Assembly: GCF_009914755.1 (NCBI RefSeq)
Contig: NC_060937.1
DNA length: 64,000 nt
Reading direction: 5' to 3' (one strand)
Origin: the human T2T-CHM13v2.0 reference genome, Homo sapiens
Shown here piece by piece: positions 15,868 through 27,000 of the stretch (position 1 is the first letter of the stretch; each line of letters begins with the position of its first letter). The notes below the pieces were generated by a model that saw nothing but the letters and a program-made list of their open reading frames with translations, did no database searches and was not told where the DNA came from. A program made the position numbers and the translations under genes.

Positions 15868-18181
15868 TGTATTAGTCTGTTTGCATACTGCTAATAAAGA
15901 CATGCCAAAGACTGGTTAATTTATAAATGAAAGAGGTTTAGTTGACTCACAGTTCCACATAGCTGGGTAGGCCTCACAATCATGGTGGAAGGGAAATGAG
16001 GAACAAAGTCTTACTGGCAGCAGGCTAGAGAGCTTGTGCAGGGGAACTCCCCTTTATAAAAGCATCAGACCTGGTGAGACTTATTCACTACCAGGAGAGA
16101 ATAGTATGGGGAGACCACATCCATGATTCAATTATCTCCATCTGGGCCTGCCCTTGATATGTGGGGATTATTACAGTTCAAAGTGAGATGTGGGTGGAGA
16201 CACAGCCAAATCATATCATTGCACCCCAGCCCCTCCCAAATCTCATGTTCTCACATTTCAAAACCAATCATGCCTTCCCAACAGTTCCCTGAAGTCTTAA
16301 CTGATCTCAGCATTAAATCAAAAGTCCACAGTCCAAAGTCTCATTTGAGATAAGGCAAGTACTTTCTGTCTATGAGCCTGTAAAATCAAAAGCAAGTTAG
16401 TTAGTTCCTGGGTACAATGGGGGTACAGGCACTGGATAAATACACCTGTACCAAATGGGAGAAATTGGCCAAAATGAAGCAGCTACAGGCTCCATGAAAG
16501 TTCAAAATCCAGCAAGCAGTCAAATCTTACTGCTCCAAAATGATATCCTTTGACTCCATATCTCATATCCAGGTCACACTGATGCTAGAGGTGGTTGGCC
16601 ACACTGATGCTTGAACAGCTCTGCCCCTGTGGCTTTGGAAGGTATAGCCCCCTCCTGGCTGCTTTCACTGTCTGGCCTTCAGTGTCTGGAGCTTTTCCAG
16701 GTGCACTGTGAAAGCTGTTCAATCTACCATTCTGGGATCTGTAAGACAGTGGCCATCTTCTCACAGCTCCACTAGGTAGTGCCCCAGTGGAGACTCTGTG
16801 TGGGGGCTCTCACCCATATTTCCCTTACACACTGCCCTAGCACAGGTTCTCCATGAGGGCTCCATCCCTGCATCAAACTTTTGCCTGGACATTTAGGTGT
16901 TTCTGTACATCCTCTGAAATCTAGGCAGAGGTTCTGAAACCTCAATTCTTGACATCAGTGCACCTGCAGGCTCAACACCACATGAAAGCTGCTAAAGCTT
17001 GGGGGTTGGACCCTCTGAAGTGAGTGCTTGAACTTTAATTTGACCCCTTTTAGCCATGGCTGAGATGCAGGGCACCGAGTCTTGAGGCTGTATGAAGAAG
17101 CAAGGCCCTGGGCCTGACACTTGAAGCCTATTTTTCCTCCTAGGCCTCCAGGCCTTTGATGGGACGAGCTGCCTTGAAGACATCTGACATGCTCTGGAGA
17201 CATTTTCTTCATTGTCTTGGTGATTAACATTTGGCTCCTCATTACTTATGTAAATTTAGCCAGCAGGCTTGAATTTCTCCTCTGAAAATGGGCTTTTCTT
17301 TTCTATTGCATCATCAGATTGCAAACTTTCCAAACTTTTATATTCTACTCCCCTTTTAAACATAACTTCCCATTCCAAATCATATCTTTGTAAATACATA
17401 AAACTAAATGCTTTTAATAGCACCAAAGTCATCTATTGAACACTTTGCAGCTTAGACATTTCTTCTACCAGTTGCCATAAATCATCTCTCTCAAGTTCAA
17501 AGTTCCACACATCTCTAGGGCAGGAACAAAATGCTTCCAGTCTCTTTGCTAAAATATAGCAAGAGTCACCTTTGCCCCAGTTCCCAAGTTCCTCATCTCC
17601 ACCTGAGACCACTTCAGCCTGGACTTTACTGTACATATCACTATCAGTATTTTGGTCAAAGCCATTCAACAAGTGTCTAGGAAGTTCCAAACATTTCCAC
17701 ATTTTCCTGTCTTCCTTTGAGCCCCACAAACTCTTCCAACCTCTGCCTGTTACCCAGTTCCAATGTCGCTTTCATATTTTCAGGTATCATTAGAGCAGCA
17801 CTCCACTTGACTGGTACCAATTTACTGTATTAGTCTGTTCTCACACTGCTAATAAAGACATACCCAAGACTGAGTAATTTATAAAGGAAAGAGGTTTAGT
17901 TGACTAACTTTTCTACATGGCTGGGGAGGCCTCACAATCATGGCAGAAGGAGAATGAGGAGCAAAGTCACCTCTTACATGACAGCAGTCAAGAGAGCTTC
18001 TGCAGGGGTACTCTCATTTATAAAACCATCAGATCTCATGAGACTTATTCACTACCATGATTACGGTATGGGGGAAACTGCCCCCATGATTCAATTATCT
18101 CCACCTGGCCTTGCCCTTGACAGGTGGGGATTATTACAATTCAAGGTGAGATTTGGGTAGAAACACAGCCAAACCATATCA
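15868..18181 (-). mobile_element. Full-length THE1 (C-like) provirus: 3' LTR 15868-16218, internal 16219-17825, 5' LTR 17826-18181
   Basis: Both LTRs read tgtattagtc...catatca on +; complete ~1.6 kb internal region; 5-bp TSD cctgt (15863-15867) / tctgt (18182-18186). Confidence 0.95.
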
Positions 18182-18339
18182 TCTGTCAAACAATATTTTA
18201 TAAATTTTCAAACTTTAGGTAACTATACAAAAATCTAACAGATAATCCAGAAATGATGTCCATGACAAATATAAACAAATCTGGATTTATGTAAGGAGAG
18301 ACTTTATTTGAAAAGACTATTACAATAGGGAGGTCATTT

Positions 18340-18659
18340 TACTATTTATTTGTGTCTCTCAAAGTTCATGTGTTAGAAACTTAATCCCCAATTCAAAAGT
18401 GTTTTAAGGTGGGCCTGATAAGAAGTGATTACATCATGAGGGCTCTACCCTCTTGAATGGATGAGTGTAATTGTTATGGAAACAGGTTAGTTATTGCAAG
18501 AGTCAGCTTCTTATAAAAACAAGTTCAACCCTTGATCTATAGCTCTCTCTCTCAGGCTTTCTCACTCTTCTTCTTTCATAGGGAGATTCAGCAAGAAGAC
18601 CCCCCATCAAATGTGGGTCTCTTGACCTTGGCCTTTTCAGCCTGTAGAACCATAAGAAA

Positions 18660-18722
<63 letters not shown>

Positions 18723-18771
18723 ATCCTATTCTGTAGTATTCTGTTTTAGCAACACAAAACAAACTAATACA
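18340..18771 (+). mobile_element. MSTC/MSTD-like solo LTR
   Basis: 'gttcatgtgttagaaacttaatcccca', 'catgagggctctaccctc', ends 'aacacaaaacaaactaataca'; TSD cattt/cactt. Confidence 0.8.
18661..18720. repeat. (ATCT)15 tetranucleotide microsatellite
   Basis: Perfect 60-nt ATCT run. Confidence 0.98.
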
Positions 18772-19169
18772 CACTTTGACCTCTGAATTTCTGGGCATCT
18801 CAAAAATCAAAGATAAAAATACTTTTCTTTTGAAGAAAGGGTTAAACATTAAACATGTATAGCCTGAACTTTATAAGCACTGAAGGTGAGCAGACAGCAG
18901 GATCATAGAGGTTTAACAGCATATATTTATGTGGCCTGCCAATTCTTAGTGTGAGTTGCTTAAAAGGAATGTTCTGTATCTTAGTGCTTGCTTATATGTG
19001 GGGACAAAATAGAGTTCAGGAAACTGCGGGTTGGAGAGGAGTCTGACAAGTCTTTGACACGCCAAATGGATGGGTAAGTTATGGATAATTGTGAGCACTT
19101 GGTCACTGGCAAACAATAGTCACATGTGAAAGTGGCAGCCTAGTGATACTTTGACTTTCATACTTTCTG

Positions 19170-19305
19170 GGCTGAGTGTTGTGGCTCACGACTGTAAACC
19201 CAGCACTTTGGGAGGTGGTGGTGGGCGGATCACCTGAGGTCAGGAGTTCGAGACCAACCATGCTAATGTGGTGACACATCGTCTCTATTAAAAATACAAA
19301 AATTA
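19170..19305 (+). mobile_element. AluS left arm only
   Basis: ggctgagtgttgtggctcacg...gatcacctgaggtcaggagttcgagacc...aaaaatacaaaaatta, then stops abruptly. Confidence 0.9.
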
Positions 19306-19504
19306 TTCTCTTGCCTCAGTTTCCCAAGTAGCTGGGACTACAGGTGCTTGCCACCACACTTGGCTAATTTTTTGCATTTTTAGTAGAGACGGGGTTTCAC
19401 CATGTTAGCCAGCATGGTCTCGATCTCCTGACCTTGTGATCCGCCTGCCTCAGCCTCCCAAAGCGCTGGGATTACAGGCGTGAGCCACGCCACCACACCT
19501 GACC
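19305..19504 (-). mobile_element. AluY/Sc-like element lacking its 3' ~100 nt and tail
   Basis: 'ttagccag.atggtctcgatctcctgaccttgtgatcc' (Y/Sc diagnostics); on + it begins at 'attctc.tgcctcag' with no T tract. Confidence 0.9.
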
Positions 19505-19549
19505 TGTAGTAATATAATTTTATAAAAGAAGAGACATTGAAAAATGTTT

Positions 19550-19735
19550 GTAATGGCAACTAACCTTTACTGAGTGTTTACACTCATGTTTACAACTACT
19601 TCATGGATTAGGAATTATCTAAATGAGAAGAAAATGTAGGCTTAAAGATGTTAAGTAATAAATCCATTTAACAACAGGTAATTACAGAGAAATGTTTCAA
19701 ACTGATGTCTAATAATGCAGAGCCTAGGCACATGA
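19550..19735 (-). mobile_element. Degraded MIR
   Basis: 'ctaacctttactgagtgttta', 'gaaaatgtaggcttaaagatgttaagtaa', 'gtct..tgcagagcct'. Confidence 0.45.
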
Positions 19736-20274
19736 GAACTGCTTCCTCTGACATGATGGACAAGAAAAAAATGATTAAATAAGGATAGGATTAACAAAGA
19801 ATATATATACCTTGAAATATAGAATACTATCTAGGGACAGATCACAAATTTTCTTCGGACGTGTCTACCAGCCACAAGCTAAGGAAAAATAAAGATAAAA
19901 ACCAGACATTTTAGAAAAAAATCATCTTTGCCTTTCTTTGACATTCAAAAGTTAAAAGTTTATTTAAATATCTAAGATAATCTCGGGGACATGATAGAAA
20001 CTTATTATTTGTTGAAATGGAATTTAACACTGAGAGCCCACACATTTTCTTTGAAAATTATTTTCAATCAACCATTCTACCAGAGGTTTAATAAGTATTT
20101 TAATGTCATCTTTTGATACTTTTGAATGGCTCATGATTTGTATATTTAATGAATTAATATATAGTGTATTCACTTCTGTACGTCATGATCTATGATTTAA
20201 CATATTTTTCAAAATGAAAGAAATGCCACTCAATTTATTGACTGATAATGCTCTTCATCTTTGATTTGTTACAA

Positions 20275-20425
20275 CTATGTAAACATATATATATTGTATT
20301 ATATTACATAGTTACATATTTTATTATATATGTATGTGATACATGTGTAATATGTATGCACATGTATACATGCATATATGTATATAAAATATAAGTTTAC
20401 ATACATATGTACTAAATATGTGTAC
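20275..20425. repeat. TA/TG-rich low-complexity tract
   Basis: Degenerate (TA)n/(TATG)n. Confidence 0.7.
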
Positions 20426-22318
20426 CTTTTAGTGTTTATTGTTGAATTATTTTAGTTCTCTAAATTTTGTGTTATACTACAAAAGTTTTATACTTTATAG
20501 ATTTATATTTATGACCTAGAATGGAAAATCATTCCTTTTACTATTCTTTTGAAAAATACCTTTATACTTTTGCTTCTGTGGATAAAAATTAAAATAATTT
20601 TGTTATATTACATATAAAAATAATTTAAGAATTTATATTTTGCAGTTGTTGTTGTCCTCAATGAAGAACATGATGTATACAAATACATAGATTAAAAAAT
20701 AATTTTCTCGGTTGCATGGGAATGTAAAGTTTGGAGAAAAAATATTCAGCTCTGTCACTATAGTAATCTGATGACTGGAATTCAATTATTGTTTAGGCAA
20801 CCTATTTATAACAAATAAATGATTCCTAATAGAAAAATGTCATCTAGTCTATTTGGAACTATGAATGAACTTTAAATACCCAGTGTGGACACTATAGCAT
20901 TGGGTATCTCTGAAGACATAACTCTTATATTGAGAAGGGTAAATAGATGCTGTACAAAGAAATGTTAAAGGTGATATTTATTGCTATGGGAAATAAAGGT
21001 TTTAATCCAGAGGATGTTATGTGAGGGCAGCTCCCACACCTGCCCAATATGCATGTCCTCTATTCATACCTGGACTGTTCGCTGAGGAGAGACTAGCTCC
21101 CAAACTGTCCTAGAGACTACTTTAGGAACTGCTGCCACCAGGGTTCTTGCTGAAAGAAATGCCTGGCAGTGCTATACTGTGAAGCTGTTCTTCCTACCTG
21201 GTCATCTTCTAGGTAACTGATGCCATGTGTTGGCCTATGGTAGTCTGTGATTCAGAATATTTATTTGAATCCTAGACAATTTCCTGGTCCTTATTATGGT
21301 GAAACTGAAACTTCAAATAATATTTAAATCCTTTTTTGTCACTTAAGCCCCCTACTCGTTCTACAACACCTACCTTTAAAAAGAAACAATCACCACTCCC
21401 CAGTAAGCAAATCCTTCTGCAGGTTCTGACCTCCAAGTCTCTTACATGTTAAAGATTTTGAAAATAACAAAAGTCTATTATTTATATTTTTCTCTAAAGT
21501 TTACATGACACGAGAAAAAAAATCTACATTATTTTAATGAAAGCTACTTTTGTGTATCTTGTTCATGATAATTATTTTTCATTTAAAATTTGATATTTAA
21601 CAGTAATGTTTCAGATGAATTTTTTTCCCTATTGACAGCTTATCAAAATATTGTTAGTTGTTTCTTCTCATTTATTCCATTGAATCCTCAGAAAATATGT
21701 TGTAAACACTTCTGGGAATTACATGTTGCACTTGATGACCCAAGTAGCCTTACAGGGTAGGGTGTTCTAAAGGTTAATGGATTTTTGTGTGTTGATTGAT
21801 TTTTTTTTAAGAATCAAAGGGAAACCATTTCAAGTGTCATCTTCCTTTCTCATTTTCTCTAAAATCTATATTTATAACATATTCATTTGAATATTCATAT
21901 TTTATTCTATTGCTGAGACAGTTTTTAAAAGTTTCTCAAATTCTTTAACTGTTAAGGTTAGGTGAGGCATGTATGTTAATCTTGATAAGATTAAATCAAA
22001 TGTTTGTTTATATTTTACTTAAAATTTATGGTTATAGAAATAAATTCCAAGACTATTTTTGTCATAACATTAATGACTATGGTTTAAGTCACACTACTAG
22101 AAAGCCTATATGCATAAGATGCACATTTTTTGCATCATATTATGATGTTATAGATTTTAAGAGCATCTCAAAAATAATAAAAATTATCTTCAAGTAATCT
22201 AGGTTCATCAATGGATTTAAGGAGTCAATTATACTCAGATACATAAGAAAATGTCTGAATTTGCTCCTAAAATGCACAAACCAATGTGGCTGGAATGCCA
22301 ATTTGGTATGTTTATTAT

Positions 22319-22890
22319 TGTATTAGTCTACTCTGGTTGCCGTAACAAAAATGTCACAAACTGGCTTATAATAATAGAATTTATTTCATACTTCTAGAGG
22401 CTTGAAGTCCAAGATCAAGGTGCCGTCAGAGTTGGTTTTTGGTGAAGCCTCTCTCTTGGGATTACAGATAGTGACTTCTTGCTGTGCCCTTACATGGTGT
22501 TTTCGTTGGTGTCTCCCCCTCTCCTTTTAACGACATCAGTCCTATTGAATTAGGCCTTCACCATTTATAGTGCCAAACTAATGTATATCTGGGCTTAATT
22601 TACAAAATCTTAAACTAAGTAAATTCTAATAACATGGATATGTGGCTTTAAAACATTACTATGAAGAAATAATTTTTTAAAATGATGATGAAGTCACCCA
22701 CAAACATCAGGGAGATGACACTTCCCTTGCTTTTAGTTCTAGGAAATCATAAAGCACAGGAGGTTAAAAAAAGAAAATAATTTAACCATAATTCCCTTAT
22801 TAATGGCCCTATCTTGAAAAACAGTCACACTGGGGGTTAGAACTTCAACATGTAAATTTGGCAAGGAGGGTGCACGGTTTAGTCTATCCA
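22319..22890 (-). mobile_element. MLT1A/B-like solo LTR interrupted by a 218-bp foreign insert (22563-22780)
   Basis: LTR motifs 'gaagtccaagatcaaggtgcc' and 'cagtcctattgaattagg' precede the insert; 'tttaaccataatt..ggccctatct..acagtcacactgggggttag' follows it. Confidence 0.85.
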
Positions 22891-23749
22891 GTCATAGACT
22901 GGATAGATTCTCACCAGGGACTTTTTCAGCCCATACAATCATAGTTCAGTAAAAGATCCAAGAAAGCTTCAGTGAATCTCAAACAATTCCAAAGAGATTC
23001 AGAAAATTCAAAGCTAATATTACATTCCTCCTATATTTAATTAAAATGTGTAGGATAACTAAATTCTATTTCTAATGTCTACAAAGTTTTCTTATAAACT
23101 TCATTCAATAGATAAATATCAGCAAATATCCTTTATATTCAGGATTACCTTAGATTATATTGGATATTTCCTTAATGAGGTTATTCTTGAATTTTTCTTT
23201 TTCCTTACATCACCCACCCAAGTCTTCAGCAAGTAAACTTAGCTTCTCATCATATTAATTTCTACAATCCCAAGGAAATGTACTATATTATTGAAAGGTC
23301 TAGTAATAGTAGGCAGTCTACAGGTCTTTATTGATATTTAACATTCTAATTGATACTGATACTTTTCCTCAATGCTTATGTCACTGATGGTACAAGAGGT
23401 GTACAGAGGGAAGCAAGGTAGGGATAAAAGTATGGTAGACACTGAAACCTTCACTTAATCTTTTGGCTCAGTATAAAGTGTCATATTACTGTAGGTCTGG
23501 GTTTAATTTATAAAATATTAAACTAAACTAAATCAACTACATCAAATGTATATGTAACTTTAAAACATTCCTGTGAGGAAATAATAAAAGAATGATGAAA
23601 TCACCAGCAAACATCAGGGAGAAGACATATCTCGTGCTCTTAATTCTAGGAAATCATAACATACATTAGGTTAAAAAGAGAAGACAAGCACTGTCCTCAA
23701 AAATAACACAATAATTATGACATAATAATATATTGTGTATATTTATATT

Positions 23750-25808
23750 GTTTTTATTTTATATTTTCAACTTTGATTTTAGATTCAGGGGGTACATGTG
23801 TAGGTTTGTTACGTGAGTGTATTGTAGATACTGAGATTTGAGCCACAAATGATCACATCACCCAGGTATAAACATAGTACACAACAGGGACTTTTTCACC
23901 CCTTGCTCTCCTCCCCATCTCCCACCACCAGCAGTTCCCAGTGTCTATTTTTGCCATGTTTTTGTTCATGTATACTCACTGCTTAGCTCTCACTTACATG
24001 TGAGAACCTGCAGTGTTTGGTTTTCTGTTCCTGTGTAAATTCACTTAGGATAATGGCTTCTAGCTGCATTCATGTAGCTGAAAAGGGCATACTTTCATCC
24101 TTTCTTATGGCTGTGCAGCATTCCATGATGTATATATACCACATTTTCTTTACTCAATCCAGCACTGATGAGCACCTAACTTGATTCCATGACTTTGCTA
24201 TTGTGAATAGTACAACAATGAATATAGAAGTGCATGTGTCTTTTTTGTAGAACAATTTATTTTCCTTGAGCTATATATCCAATAGTGGAATTACTAGGTT
24301 GAATGGCAGTTCTGTTTTAGGTTCTTTGAGAAACTTCCAAACTACTTTCCACAGTGGCTGAACTAATTTACATTCCTACCAGCTGTGTATAAACCTTCCC
24401 TTTTCTCTGCAACCTTGCCAGCAACTGTTGTTTTTTGACTTTTTGATAATAGTCAGACTGACTATGAGATGGTATCTAATTGTGGTTTTGATTTAGATTT
24501 CTCTGATGATTAGTGATGTTGAGCATTTTTTCATATGTTTTTTGGCCACTTATTTGTCTTCTCTAGAGAAATGTCTGTTCATGTATTTTGCCCGCTTTTT
24601 AACGGGGAACTCTCACAACTCCTACTCAACATAGTACTGGAAATCCTAGCCAGAGCAATCAGGCAATAGAAAGAAATAAAAGGCATCCAAATAGGAAAAG
24701 AAAAAGTCAAATGATCTCTCTTCACTGAAGATAAAATTCTATACCTACAAAACCCTGAAGACTCCACCAAAATTATCCCAGAACTGATAGATGACTTTAG
24801 TAAAGTTTCAGGACACAAAATCAATGTGCAAAAATTAGTAGCAATAATAACATTCAAGATGAGAGTTAAATCAAGAACACAATGCCATTTACCTAGACAC
24901 ATAAAAAAATGAAATACCTAAGAATACACCTAACCAAGGAGGTGAAAGATCTTTGTGAAGAGAACTACAAAACATTGCTGAAATAAATCATAGATAACAC
25001 AAACAAATGGAAAAACATTCCATTCTCATGGATTGGAAGAATCAATATCATTAAAATGGCCATAATGCCCAAAGCAATCTACAAATTCAATTATATTACA
25101 GTCAAAATAAAACATCACTTTTCACATAATTAGACAAAAAACAATTCTAAAATACATATAAATCAATAAAGAGTCAAAGCAATCCTAAGCAAAGAGAACA
25201 AAACTGGAGTCATCTTATTACCTGGCTTTGAACTATACTTTAAAGCTTTAAAGCAACAGTCACCAAAACAGCAGGGTACTGGCACCAAAATAGACACGTA
25301 GACAAATGAACCAGAATACAGAACCCAGAAATAAAGCCACATAGCTCCAGCCACCTGATCTTCAACAAAGTTGACAAAAATAAGTATTGGGGAAAAAAGT
25401 CCTTATTCAGTAAATGGTCTGGGGTAGCTGGCTAGCCATATGCAAAAGAATGAAACTGGGTCCCTACCTTTCACCATATGTGGAAATTAACTGAAGATGA
25501 ACCAAAGATTTAAATGTAAGACCTCGAACTATAAGAATACTAGAAGAAAATCTAGGGAAAAACATTCTGTACATTGGCCCTGGCAAATAATTTATAAGTA
25601 AGCCCTCAAAAACAATTGCAACAAAAACAAAATTTGACAAGTGAGACTTAATTAAACTAAAGAGCTTCTACACAGCAAAAGAAATGATCAATAGAGTAAA
25701 AGACAACTGACAGAATGGGAGAAAATATTTGCAAACTATGCATCAGACAAAGGTCTAATATCCAGAACCTATAAGAAACAAACAATTCAATAAGCAAAAA
25801 TACAAATA
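23750..25808 (-). mobile_element. L1PA15/16-like element with 5' inversion: 3' part 23750-24607 (-), inverted ORF2 part 24609-25808 (+)
   Basis: Antisense 3'UTR 'agattcagggggtacatgtg'; strand switch at 'aacgggg|aactctcac'; the two parts are adjacent in L1 coordinates; degenerate TSD tatatttatatt/tatgtttataat. Confidence 0.88.
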
Positions 25809-25826
25809 TGTTTATAATTATACATA

Positions 25827-26541
25827 CAGATGGTCTCTGACGTATGATGGTTCAACTTATTAATACAATTTTTCAAATTTATCATGGTGCAAAACCAAAT
25901 TGCATTTAGTAGAAACCATATGTCAAATTTTGAATTTTGATCTTTTCCTGGGATAATGATATGATTTACTTTATGATAATCTCTTGCTATCCTGGGCAGT
26001 GGTAGACAGCCTCAGTTCCCAGTCAGCCATGTGATCACATGGGTAAACAACCAATACTTTACAAGGTACTATGTTGCCAGATGATTTCTACCCAACTGTA
26101 AACTAATATATGTGTACCGGGCACATTTAAAGTAGGCTACACAGCTGGGCATGGTGGCTCATGCCTGTAATCCCAGCACTTTAGGAGGCTGAGATGTGCA
26201 GATCACTTGAGGCCAGGAGTTTGAGACCAGCCTGGTCAGCATGGCGAAATCCCATATATACTAAAAATACAAAAATTAGCTGGGTGTGGTGTCACTGGCC
26301 TGTAATTTCAGCTACTAGGGAGGCTGAGGGACAAGAATCACTTGAACACAGCAGGTAGAGGTTGCAGTGAGCTGAGATCACGCTGCTGTACTCCAGCCTG
26401 GGTGGCACAGCATTACTCTGTCTCCATCAATCAATCAATCAATCAATCAATCAAGTATGCTATGCTAGGCCATGACGTTCAGCAGATTAGATGTATTAAA
26501 TGTATTTTTGACTTAGGATGTTTTCAATTTATGATTGGTTT
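25827..26541 (-). mobile_element. MER47B/Tigger5-derived DNA transposon (TcMar-Tigger), interrupted by an Alu
   Basis: TA followed by terminal repeat 'cagatggtctctgacgtatgatggttcaactta'; 'ttgaattttgatcttttcctgg', 'cccagtcagccatgtgatcac', 'gtattaaatgtatttttgactta'. Confidence 0.8.
26143..26453 (+). mobile_element. AluSz/J-like element with (ATCA)n tail
   Basis: Two arms; tail 26426-26453 converted to ATCA repeats; degenerate TSD aagtaggctacac/aagtatgctatgc. Confidence 0.92.
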
Positions 26542-26809
26542 AAGAATAATTTAATAATTATTATATGTGATATATGATATATAATTATATATTTATAATT
26601 ATATACATTCATTTTACATTCTTCTTACATTGTTGTACCTGATTTAGAATACGCATGTTGATCAAGCTAGTAGTCATGTATATCATTCAAAAATAAATAT
26701 TTTCCAGCGTGTATGCTGAAGTCATCTTTTATCATCTAACTTGATGGTTAAACAACCAGTTTTGGTGACCATGTGGCTGAATAACTGAGGCAACTCCATA
26801 CTGGTGAAT

Positions 26810-27000
26810 CCGCCTCTCTCCTCTTGGTTCTGTCATTCACACAGCAGTGGAGAGGTCTTCTTAAAACTGACACCAGAGCAAGTTATTCCCTTTTTACAAT
26901 ACTCCAGTGACTATCCATTACTTCTATTTAAGGTTCTTGGAGTTTCTAAAAGTTCTGGCCTGTATCATTTTTCTTGACTTGTCTTGCTCCTGCAGCTCAG
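26810..27000 (+). mobile_element. L2 fragment
   Basis: 'cacacagcagtggagaggtcttcttaaaac...ttccctttttacaatactccagtgact' resembles the L2 3' region. Confidence 0.45.

Larger units (their letters stand above)
18257..19105 (-). mobile_element. Old ERV1-type LTR (MER90/MER67-like) interrupted by an MST LTR
   Basis: 'tgtc..caaatataaacaaatctggattt..gtaaggagagactttatt' at the left end; 'gagaggagtctgacaag...ggtca' at the right end; family from recall. Confidence 0.5.

Noticed and set aside
12505-18160. 60-127 aa ORFs within THE1 elements
   Set aside because: Fragments of degenerate MaLR LTR and internal sequence; no intact internal ORF.
21015-21260. GC-richer island that might be an old LTR or enhancer
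   Set aside because: No termini, TSD or family motif I can identify from sequence alone.
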